Below, one piece after another: positions 1 through 10,854 of a stretch of DNA of 64,000 nucleotides. The number at the start of each line of letters is the position of its first letter. The stretch's first letter is position 1. The position numbers and the translations under genes are program-made. The DNA is from Hemiscyllium ocellatum. Lineage: Eukaryota. Where the stretch lies: assembly GCF_020745735.1 (NCBI RefSeq), contig NC_083412.1:61284320-61348319 (forward strand), given 5' to 3'. A model generated the notes under the pieces. The model was not told the origin of the DNA. It saw only the letters and a program-made list of their open reading frames with translations, and ran no database searches.

Positions 1-175
1 GTGTGTTTGTGTGTGAGCTTGGTAAAGTATGTGTATGAATGTGATGAAGTATAAGCCTGAGAGACTGTGTGTGTGTGTTTGTGTGTGCGTATGAGAGAGA
101 ACGTATGTATGAGAGAGGGTCTGCGTGAGTGTGTGTGAGTATGTAAGAGTGTGTGTATATGAGAGAGTGTATAGT
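1..175. repeat. Degenerate (GT/GA)n microsatellite, probably the tail region of the adjacent Penelope-like relic
   Basis: Runs of gtgtgt/gagaga directly abutting the end of the minus-strand GIY-YIG frame. Confidence 0.8.
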
Positions 176-185
176 GCAGTGGGGT

Positions 186-476
186 CACCTGTAGTGTGAT
201 ATGAACCCCAGGTCCCAGTTGAGGCTATCCCCATGGGTACAGAATTTGGCCACTTTGAGTTATTGCCTATCCCGAAGTCCACCTTGGAGGACGGTCACCT
301 AAAGATCCGAGGCCTAATGTCCCTGACTGCTGAAGTAATCCCTGAGTAGGAGGGACGCCCCTGTTTGTTGATTGTTGCACAGTGTCCACTCATCTGTTGT
401 CACAGCGTCTGCTTGGTCTCACCAATGTACCATGCCTCGAGGTATCCTTGCCTATAGTATATCAGATAGACAACGT
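186..476 (-). mobile_element. Penelope-like element relic, GIY-YIG endonuclease C-terminus
   Basis: Minus strand reads VVYLIY..QGYLEAWYIGETKQTL*QQMSGH...VTVLQGGLRDRQ...KFCTHGDSLNWDLGFISHYR; GIY-YIG (VVY...YIGET) signature with stops. Confidence 0.8.
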
Positions 477-512
477 CAGGGAATACTTCAGCAGTCAGGG
501 GTATTTGGCATC

Positions 513-844
513 ATAGAATATAGAAGGAGCCCATTCAGGCCATCAAGTCCACATTGACCCTGCAAAGAACATCCTACCCAGACCCAGCCCCTACCATATC
601 CCATAACCCCACATTTACCATTGCTAATCCAACTTGCCTATACATCCCTGAACACAATGGTCAATTTCATTATGGTCATTCCACCTAACCTTGCACACCT
701 TTGGTCTGTGGGAGGAAACTGAGCAGAATGTACAAACTTCACACAGACAGTTACAAAAATCTGGAATTGAACCTGGGTCCCTGGCACAGTGAGCTAACTG
801 TGGCACAGTTAACTCAGTGCTAACCACTGAGCCATCATGCCACC
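513..844 (-). mobile_element. HE1/V-SINE-type tRNA-derived SINE (diverged)
   Basis: Reverse complement starts GGTGGCATGATGGCTCAGTGGTTAGCAC (A box), has GGTTCAATTCC (B box), central domain and CR1-like 3' tail. Confidence 0.85.
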
Positions 845-1932
845 GTGTTTGTAACTGACATCCAGTTATTATCTTCATTATCTCAGTTTCCCTCCTGAAA
901 TGTATTGGCTCTGGGGTTCGTTGCCAGCTGCCAGTTGGAAAAGTCAGCAGCAGGAGGACACAGCAGTGCTTTGCAGTTAGGGGCATGGAAGGCTAGCAGA
1001 GGTCACTACTCATGATGGGAGCTACAGAGAGACTAAAACCAGTAAAGGATGTGAGGATTTCTTTAGGGGCCTGGAGGGAGTACTCTTGCTCCACCTGGTC
1101 TTTGAAGAGGGCTGTAAAGTGATTTATCTCTGGAACCGGCTGTTGCCACCTCCTTCACACTGCTGGGTTTTCCAAGTCTTTGGAATTTGTCCAGTTGCAG
1201 TTCACATTAAATCAGCCTTCAAGTTCTAATGTAGGAATATGTTTTAAATACATCAAATGTCCCATGTCTACAAGATAAAGCAAATGAAGTTCTCAAATCC
1301 CATTGCTGTGAAATGGCAAGAAGTGTGTATCCTTTGGTTTGACAATGAAATCTTACTTTGTAGGGTTCAGTTCCATGATGAATTCTTGTCTATATCATTC
1401 ATTGCCTCCACTGATGGCTTCTTGGTGTCCATTTCCAATCTGGGATTAGGAAAATGATGAGTGGAATCTTATTGAACACCATGGACTATAGCAAGATTTA
1501 TGGCTAAATCAAATGAGAAATCCAGCAAGGGCTATCTTGACATTGGAAGCAACTCAGTGCATTTTTTATGCATTCGACAAGCAGTATGTCGAGTTTCTTC
1601 CTTGGCAGCAGTGAGTTGTCTGTTAAGGAGAATTGTTGCTTATTAAACATCTCATTGGAGCATGACTCACCTCATGAATATTCAGTTTCCTACTTTACCA
1701 AACATGCTAAGTGAGCTAGACAGTGAGAATTCTTGATATGGAATTCAGAGTGGGTACCTAATGGCTTCCATACACCATTGGCTGAGAGGATCCGACAAGT
1801 TGTTCAGCATCAAGCAGCCTCTACAGGGCAACCAGCCACACACACTCCTTTTCCATAGACGTTGGCACCTGACATTTACTAAGCCCACATGATTGATCAT
1901 CATGGCATCTCTCCGATTCACATATAGGATGA

Positions 1933-3254
1933 ATGTGATGTCATTATTTAAGAAAGGTAGAGAGGAAAAGCCAAGGAACTACAGATTGGTGAGCCTGAGG
2001 GAATCCTGAGGGACAAGATTTACATGTATTTGGAAAGGCAAGGACTGATTAGAGATATTAGCATGACTTTGTGTGTGGGAAAACATGTTTTCCGAACTTA
2101 ATTGAGTTTTTTGAAGACGTAATGAAGAGGATTGAGAGCAGCGCAGTGGATGTGATCTATGTGAACTTCAGTAAGGCATTCGACAAGGTTCCTCATGGTC
2201 GACTGATTAGCAAGGTTAGATCACGTGGAATATTGGGGGGGGGCAGGGGATCTAGCCATTCGGATACAGAACTGGCTCGAAGATAGAAGACAGGTGGCGG
2301 CAATGGAGCATTGTTTTTCAGACTGGAGGCCTGTGACCACTTGTGTGCCACAACGATTGGTGCTGGTCCACTACTTTTTGTCATTTATAGAAGTGATTCA
2401 AATGTGAATATAGGAGTCATAGTTAGTAAGTTTTGCAGATGACAACAAAAGTGGAGGTGTAGTGGACAGTGAAGAAGGTTGCCTCAGATTACAATGGGAT
2501 CTTGATCAGAATCGCCAATGGGCTGAGAAGTGGCAGACGGAGTTTAATTTAGATAAATGTGAGGTGCTGCATTTTGGAAAGGCAAATCAGGGCAGGACTT
2601 ATACACTTAATGGGAAGGTTCTGGGGAGCGTTGCTAAACAAAGAGACTTTGGAGTGCAGGTTCATAGTTATTTGCGGTCATTTGCGGCTGTACAGGACAT
2701 TGGTGAGGCTACGTTTGGAATATTGCGAACAATTCTGGTCTCCCTCCTATTGGAAAGATGGTGTGAAACTTGAACAAGCTCAGAAAGATTTACAAGGATG
2801 TTGCCAGGGTTGGAGGAGTTGAGCTATTGGGAGAGGTTGAATAGGCTACAGCTGTTTTCTCTGGAGCATCTGAGGCTGAGGGTGACTTTATAGAGGTTTA
2901 TAAAATCATGAGGGGCATGGATAGGATAAATAAACAAGGTCATCTTCCTGGGGTGGGGGAGTTCGGAACTAGATGGAATAGGTTTAGGCTTAGAGGGAAA
3001 ATTTAAAAGGTACCTGAGGGACAACCTTTTCTCACAGAGGGTGGTACATGTATAGAATGAGCTGCCAGAAGAAGTGGTGGAGGCTGGTAAATTACAGCAT
3101 TTAAAAAACACCTGGATGGGTATATGAATAGGAAGGATTTAGAAGGATATGGGCCAAGTGCTGGCAAATGGACTAGATTAGGCTGGGATATCTGATCGGC
3201 ATGGATGAGATGGACCGAAGGGTCTGTTTCCATGCTGTAAATCTCAATGACTCT
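1933..3254 (+). mobile_element. CR1 (HER1-type) LINE, 5'-truncated, decayed RT
   Basis: Frames give NLIEFFE, FSKAFDKVPHGRL, FNLDKCEVLHFG, LEYCEQFWSP; ends with GAAGGGTCTGTTTCCATGCTG...ATGACTCT tail. Confidence 0.95.
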
Positions 3255-3907
3255 CAAGAAGCACCATCTTGCATTGCAGGGTGCACTAGCAACTAGTATT
3301 GAAAGGCTGCCGCAAGGACAGCCTCCCAGCTTATGGATTGCATCAGGCTTCATCTGCTCTTAGTGCCCAACCTCTTACCAACTACCTACATGCTCACAAC
3401 ATCCATGCTTTGTTTTACCTGTTAGGATGTTAGCCAGAGCTGAAGGCTGTCAGCCCTGTTATTATAATATGCTTTAGCACTGACACATGCACAGGCTGTT
3501 TGTCAGTCATGTGGGGTTTGAGGTGGTGAGAAGAGCTCTTGCTGTAAGGAACATCAAGGTGTCAATTGAACACTTACAGATGTGCCAGCTGCCCCAAACA
3601 CACTGTGCGTTTATTCAGTCAAATGGCCATGTTATCATAAGATTGGCGGTGGCAAGACTTCAGCTGATGCAGGAGAGGTATGGGAGACTGTTGACTTAGG
3701 GAGTACTGATGCCACCATCCATCGTCCAAATGCAACGAGAAGCTTGACCACGATCAGTCAAATGCTTGGGCCAGACAAAGTCAGGAGACATGTCTGACTA
3801 CAGCCTGGGGAGTGGGCTACAGTCAATCTTAAAGGGACAGCAAAAATAGTCAGAGGAATCATGCATTGTCTGTTGGAGAGTTGTAAACATAGCTACCAGC
3901 AACTAAT

Positions 3908-4880
3908 AGGAAATGGTAAAGGAGTTGAATAAATATCTTGCATCGGTCTTCACAGTGGAAGACATAGTAACACTGCAAAATTACTAAATAATCAAGTGGC
4001 AAAAGGAGGAAAGGAAATGAATACAGTAACAATCACTAGAGAAAAATTACTAGGAAACTAGTGGGGCTAAAACTGATGGGATATATCCTAAAATATTAAA
4101 GGAAATAACCACAGGACAGTGAATACACTGGTTGTAATCTTTCAGGAATTCTTAGATTCTGGCAAAGTCCCAGAGGATTGGAAAACTGCTAACATAACAC
4201 CTTTATTTTATGAAAAGGAAGAAGACAATAAACAGGTAACTGTAAGTCAGTTAGCTTAACATCTGTTCTTGGAAAAATGTTAAAATCTGGTATAAAGGAT
4301 GTAACAGCAAACCATTTAGAATTACATCATATGATCAAGCAGAGTTAGAATGGATTCATGGAGAGGAAATCCTGACAGTTTACTGGAATTCTTTGGGGAA
4401 GTAACAAGCAGGTTAGATAAAAGGGAGGCAGTTGGTGTAATATATTTGGATTTTCAGAAGGTATTTGATAAGGTACCACACATTACGCTATTTAATAAGG
4501 TAACAGCCCATGGCGTTGGAGGTAATATATTTGTATAGGAAGAGGACTGGATAACTAACAGAAGACAGAAAGGTGGAATAAGTGTGAAATTTCAGTCAGT
4601 CTCAAACTAGTGGAGTACCACAAACTTCAGTGCTAGGGCCACAATTATTTACAATATACATTAATGACTTGGGTAAGGAAAGTGAATGTACTATTACCAA
4701 GTTTGCAGATCATACAGAAATGATGAGAAGGCAAGTGATGAGGATGAAAACCAGTCTGCAGAGGGATTCTGATTGGTAATACAAATGGATAAGAGCTTAA
4801 CAGATAGAATATATTGTGGGAAAATGTGAGGTAATGCACTTTGGCTGGAAGAAGAGAGCAGCTGAATATTATTTCTATTG
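3908..4880 (+). mobile_element. Older CR1 LINE fragment (RT region)
   Basis: SGKVPEDWKTAN, LLEFFGEVTSRLDK, YLDFQKVFDKVPH, KCEVMHFG motifs with many stops and frameshifts. Confidence 0.9.
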
Positions 4881-4902
4881 CGAAAGACACAATACCATTA
4901 TA

Positions 4903-6191
4903 TAGAACATAGAACATAGAAAGATACAGCGCAGTACAGGCCCTTCGGCCCTCAATGTTGCGCCGACCGAATCCTACCTAACCTACACTAGCCCAATAAC
5001 TTCCAAATGCCTATCCAATGCCCGCTTAAATGACCATAAAGAAGGAGAGTTCACCACTGCTACTGGCAGGGCATTCCATGAACTCACAACTCGCTGTGTA
5101 AAGAATCTACCCCTAACATCTGTCCTATACCTACCACCCCTTAATTTAAAGCTGTGTCCCCTAGTAACACCTGACTCCATTAGCGGTAAAAGGTTCTCAG
5201 TGTCGACCCTATCTAAACCCCTAATCATCTTATACACCTCTATCAAATCTCCCCTAAACCTTCTCTTCTCCAATGAGAACAGCCCCAAGTGCCTCAGCCT
5301 TTCCTCATAAGATTTTCCTACCATTCCAGGCAACATCCTGGTAAACCTCCTCTGCACTCGTTCCAATGCCTCCACATCCTTCCTATAGTATGGCGACCAA
5401 AACTGCACACAATACTCCAGATGAGGCTGCACCAGAGTCTTATACAGTTGCAACATGACCTTAGGACTCTGGAACTCAATTCCTCTACCAATAAAGCCCA
5501 GTACACCATATGCCTTCCTCACAGCACTATTTACCTGGGTGGCAACTTTCAGAGATCTGTGTACATGGACACCAAGATCCCTCTGCTCATCCACACTACC
5601 AAGTAGCCTACCATTAGCCCAGTAATCCATCTTCTTGTTACTCCTACCAAAGTGAATGACTTCACACTTAGCTACATTGAATTCCATTTGCCACATTTCT
5701 GCCCAGCTCTGCAACTTATCTATATCCCGCTGTAACCTACCACTTCCTTCCTCACTATCCACAACTCCACCAACTTTTGTGTCATCCACAAACTTGCTTA
5801 CCCAGCTTTCAAGCCCTTCCTCTAGATCATTTATAAAGATAACAAAAAGCAATGGTCCCAAAACAGATCCTTGTGGTACACCGCTAGTAACTGCACTCCA
5901 AGATGAACATAGTCCATCAACTACTACCCTCTGTCTCCTTCCAGCCAGCCAATTCCTAATCCAAACCTCTAATGTATCCTCAATGCCATACCTCCGTAGT
6001 TTTAGCATTAGCCTACCATGGGGAACCTTATCGAACGCCTTACTAAAATCCATATACACAACATCTACTGCTTTACCCTCGTCCACTTCCTTAGTCACCT
6101 TCTCAAAGAACTCAATAAGGTTTGTGAGGCACGACCTGCCCTTCACAAAACCATGCTGGCTATCCTTGATCACGTTATTCCTATCCAGATG
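4903..6191 (-). mobile_element. Young 5'-truncated CR1 LINE with an uninterrupted RT C-terminal frame (4983-6173, 396 aa)
   Basis: QHGFVKGRSCLTNL, SGVPQGSVLGP, FVDD, HLEYCVQFWSP, FFTQRVVSSWNALP; (TTCTATG)n tail at 4903-4920. Confidence 0.97.
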
Positions 6192-6444
6192 TGCTCAGTG
6201 CTGCAGAACTTAGTGGCAGTGACTTTAAAAAAAGGCAAATGTTGACCAAAACCAACCCAACATTTGTGAAAGCTCCAAATATGTTAAGGAAGGAGAGAAT
6301 GTTGTTTCGTCATATGTCATGAATGTATTGTGATGGGCTCTAATGAAAACATTTTAATGACAGATTGAATGGTCAATCCGGGTCTGTGATGTGAAAGGGT
6401 CAGAGTACAGAAAGCACTTCTTCGGATGTATTGTGATGGTTACA

Positions 6445-6700
6445 GCGACCAGGGCCGTGGTGGAGCAGTTTACGAGGCTCCTGAAGATGCAGTCTTTTGT
6501 TTGGACCATTCTGAGGGATGAGGCTTCTCGAGTATAGTTGAGACAGAGTGTGCCATTCCATCCTGAAGCACTGTGCTCTCCATAATTACAGCCGGCAATG
6601 AGGTGATGTTGTTGATGCTGAAGAACTGGTCAAAAATGAGCAGTCTTATCAGGAGCAGGATGAGGACATTGGAGTGGAGGAAGTTCTCTTTGTGCTTGAT
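6445..6700 (+). mobile_element. PIF/Harbinger transposase C-terminal fossil (DDE_Tnp_4/HARBI1-like)
   Basis: Reads TRAVVEQFTRLLKMQ / CLDHS / LEYS*DRVCHSILKHCALHN followed by an acidic tail; matches the Harbinger R..VE..FG.LK.RF...LQY.P...C.LHN pattern. Confidence 0.7.
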
Positions 6701-7294
6701 AAAACCTTAGCTGCCTTGGGTGGTCCAAACCAACAAGATCTGATTGACATTCAATAGGTGAGAGCTGGGTGCAGCAAACATCATTGTGCAAACAATTCTT
6801 GACTGTTGTAAATAAAAGCTCATGTTTGGAATTGTCTAACTTCTTGCCTCCATATGATGTTCCCCTAATGGACAGTGAGGAGAAGCAGACATACAAAGCA
6901 TTGGGACAAAGTAACAGTGACTTAAAAGGGTTGGTTAAATGGAGTGTAGTTAACAATAGATGAACTTTGTTGCCTCATTGTTAAACAGCAATTAAGGTGA
7001 AGGAATTGGATTGTACTGTATATGCAAGGGAATGTCAGCTATTTGGCTATGTGCTGTGAGCAGCCTGCCTTACTTCCTGTTGTGCTATTACAATGCCAGA
7101 TTGACAGTGTTTGCCCGGGCACACTGTGGTCTCACACTGGCACAAGCATAAGTGATGCTGATTTTTAGGGAGGTATCAACTGATTGGTGAGATGTTTTGG
7201 GAACAAAAGATGAGTTGCAAGATGAGTTAAAATTGGACAAGAGGAATGTGACAGGGACAGGGTTGCTAGTTAATGAGGCAAGTTTGGTAAAATA

Positions 7295-10046
7295 CACTGA
7301 GAAAATGTGGCTCAGGGATGGACAGGACTGGCAGCTTAATGTTTTAGGATACAAATGCTATAGTAAGGATAGAAAGGGAGGCAAGAGAGGAGGGGAGTGG
7401 TGTTTTTGATAAGGGATAGTGTTGCAGCTGTACTGAGGGAGTATATTCCTGGAAATACATCCAGGGAAGTTATTTGGGTGAAACTGAGAAATAAGAAAGG
7501 GATGATCACCTTATTGGGCTTGTACTATAGACCCCCTAATAGTCAATGAGAAAATGAAAAACAAATTTGTCAGGAGATTTCAGTTATCTGTAAGAATAAT
7601 AAGGTGGTTATGGTAGGGGATTTTAACTTTCCAAACAGACTGGGACTGCCATAGTGTTAAGGGTTTAGGCGGAGATGAATTTGTTAAGAGTGTACAAGAA
7701 AATTTTCTGAGTCAATATGTGGATGTACCTACTAGAAAAGGTGTAAAACTTGACCTAGTCTTGGGAAATAAGGCAGGGCAGGTGACTGAGGTGTCAGTGG
7801 GTGAGTACTTTGCAGTCAATGACCATAATTCTATTAGTTTTAAAATAATGCTGGAAAAGGATGGACCAGAAATAACAGTTGAAGTTCTAAATTAAAGGAA
7901 GGCTAATTTTGATGGTATTACGCAAGAACTTTCAAAAAGCTGATTGGGTGCAGGTGTTCGCAGGTAAAGGGATGGCTGGAAAATGGGAAGCCTTCAAAAA
8001 TAAGATAACAAAAGTCCAGAAGCAGTATGTTCCTGTTCAGGTGAAAGCAAAGGCTGGTAGGTGCAGGGAAAGCTGGATTGCAAGAGAAATTGAGGTTTCG
8101 GTTAAGAAAAAGAAGGAAGCATACATAAGGTACAGACAGGAGAGATTGAGTGAATCGTTAGAAGTAAACAGAGGCAGGAGGAATATACTTAAGAGGGAAA
8201 TCAGGAGGGCAAAAAGGGGACATGAGATAGCTTTGGGAAATAGAGTTAAGGAGAAGCCAAAGGGTTTCTACAAATACATTAAGGACAAAAGGGTAACTGG
8301 GGAGAAAATAGGGTCCCTCAAAGATCAGCATGGCAACCTTTGTGTGGAACCACAGGAGATGGAGCAGATACTAAATGAGTATTTTGCATCAGTGTTTACT
8401 GTGGAAAAGGACATGGAAGATATAGAATGTGGGGAAATAGATGGTGACATCTTGAAAAATGTCCATATTACAGAGGAGGAAGTGCTGTATGTCTTGAAAT
8501 GCACAAAGGTGGATAAATCCCAGGACCTGATCAGGGGTACCCTAGAACCCTTTTGGAAGATAGGGAAGTGATTGCTGGCCCCTTGCTGAGATATTTGTAC
8601 CATCGATAGTCACAAGTGAGGTGCCAGAAGACTTGAGGGTGGCTAATGTGGTACCATTATTTCAGAAAGGTGATAAGGACAAGCCAGGGAACTATAGAAA
8701 AGTGAGCCTGATGTCGGTAGTGGGCAAGTTGTTGGAGGGAATCCTGAACGATAGGCTGTACATACATTTGGAAAGGCAAGGACTGATTAAGGACGTGCAC
8801 GTGACTTTGTGCATGGGAAATCATGTCTCACAAACTTGATTGAGTTTTTTGAAGAAGTAACAAAGTGGATGGATGAGGGCCATGCAGTGGATGTGATCTT
8901 TATGGACTTCAGTAAGGCATTCAACAAGGTTCCTCATGGTAGACTGATTAACAAGGTTAGATCTTATGGAATACGGGAGAACTAGCCATTTGGATAAAGA
9001 ACTGTCTTGAAGGCAGAAAACAGAGGGTGGTGGTGGAGGGTTGTTTTTCAGATGGAGGCCTGTGACCAGTGGAGTGCCACAGAGATTGGTGCTGAGTCCA
9101 CTACTTTTCGTCAGTTACACAAAGGATTTGGATATGAACTTAAGAGGTAGTGTTGGTAACTTTGCAGTTAACACCAAAATTGGAGGTGTAGCGAACAGCG
9201 AAGAAGGTTACCTTAGATTACAATGGGATCTTGATCAATGGGTTGAAGAGTGGCAAACGGAGTTTAATTTAGATAAATGCGAGGTGCTGCATTTTGGGAA
9301 AGCAAATCAGAGCAGGACTTATACACTTAATGGGAAGGACCTAGGGATTGGTTAGAGTATTGAGTACAGGAGTTGGGAGGTCATGTTACGGATGTATAGG
9401 ACATTGATTAGGCCATGTTTGGAATTCTGCATGCAATTCTGGTTTCCTTCCTATTGGAAGGAGAAGCCAAAAGGTTTCTACAAATACATTAAGGACAAAA
9501 GGGTAACTGGGGAGAGAATAGGGTCCCTCAAAAGATCAGCTTGAAACTTGAAAGGGTTCAGAAAAGATTTACAAAAATGTTGCCAGGGTTGGAGGATTTG
9601 AGCTATAGGGAGAGGATGAATAGGCTGGGGCTGTTTTCCCTGGAGCATCAGAGGCTGAGAGGTGACCTCAGAGGATGATAAAATCATGAGGGGCATACAT
9701 AGGATAAATAAAGTCTTTTCCCTGGGGTGGGGCAGTCAAAAACTAGAGGCCACAGGTTTAGGGTGAAAGGGGAAAGATATAAGAGGGACTGAAGGTGCAA
9801 CTGTTTCACACAGAGGGTAGTGTGTGTATGGAATGAGCTGCCAGAGGAAGTGGTGGAGGCTGGTACAATTGCAGCATTTAAAAGGCATCTGTATGGGTAC
9901 ATGAATATGAAATGTTTGGAGAGATATGGTCCAAGTGCTGACAAATAGGACTAGATTAGGTTGGGATATCTGGTCGTCATGGATGAGTTGGACTGAAGGG
10001 TCTGTCTCCATGCTGAATGTCTATATGACTATGACTCTATGACTCT
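7295..10046 (+). mobile_element. CR1 (HER1-type) LINE, APE + RT, decayed
   Basis: WLRDGQDW, KRGG, YYRPPN, VGDFNFP, LDLVLGN, NDHNSI, KPGNYRKVSL, FNLDKCEVLHFG; tail CTATATGACTATGACTCTATGACTCT. Confidence 0.95.
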
Positions 10047-10129
10047 AAATCTCTTCAGTCCTCTTGGTGAGAACCCCTCCAAAAAAAAAATCAGTGCAAC
10101 TTGCACTTGGCCAAAAAAGGTAAGATTCA

Positions 10130-10275
10130 GTCCAATGTCTAACTGTATCTTCTCTTTCCTACTTCAGTCCTTAAAACCTACCTTCTTGAACAAGCTTTTG
10201 GCTATCTGCTCTAATATCATTTTACGTGGCTTGTGGTTAAATTTTGCTTCATAACGCTTCAGAAATACAAGTTGA
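10130..10275 (+). mobile_element. L2-type LINE 3' remnant
   Basis: CTTAAAACCTACCTTCTTGAACAAGCTTTT (LKTYLLEQAF) and AAATACAAGTTG tail. Confidence 0.5.
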
Positions 10276-10854
10276 TTTTGTTGTTATTATTTGGGAGAGG
10301 AGGGAAGGTAGAAATCTAGACGTAGGTGAGGTCTAGACATTGTAGTCAAGCCTGAAATCAAATTTGTCAAAGGCAAAACGTTATAAACTTATTAAAGTAC
10401 TTCATAAATTATTCATCATAAACCACATGTATAATGCGTGTGTAATATCCTATTAGTAATTTATTTCATTAAATCTGATTTACCCTTGTTGCAGTTTATA
10501 GGAGTTACTTGGCCACTTCATCCAATCTAGTTATATGCAGGCCTCAGTTTGACTGACTTCCTTCCCTCCCTGTTTGCCTAATAATCCCTCTGGTGTCTTG
10601 TTAAAGTTTTGCTGCACTTATTATTCAGTGCAACAGAATTCAATTATTTGTCACTATTTTCTGAAATATTTACAATGGACAATAAAAATCAATGAAACTT
10701 CATAATTTATCAAATAAAGAAAGCATTGATATTGATCCTCCCTATGTCCATTTTCTGTACAGAAAATAAGAAGATGAGCAATCAATTTTGAGGTTCTGGA
10801 TCAGTGGTGCTGGAGGGTCAATGTGAAGGTGCTTGGTACTTCCAAAGTTTTAGT

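Noticed and set aside
5289-6213. Plus-strand ORFs of 105 and 185 aa (and similar ones at 18575-19626, 21786-23151, 55051-55528)
   Set aside because: Antisense or alternative-frame shadows of CR1 and Penelope coding sequence.
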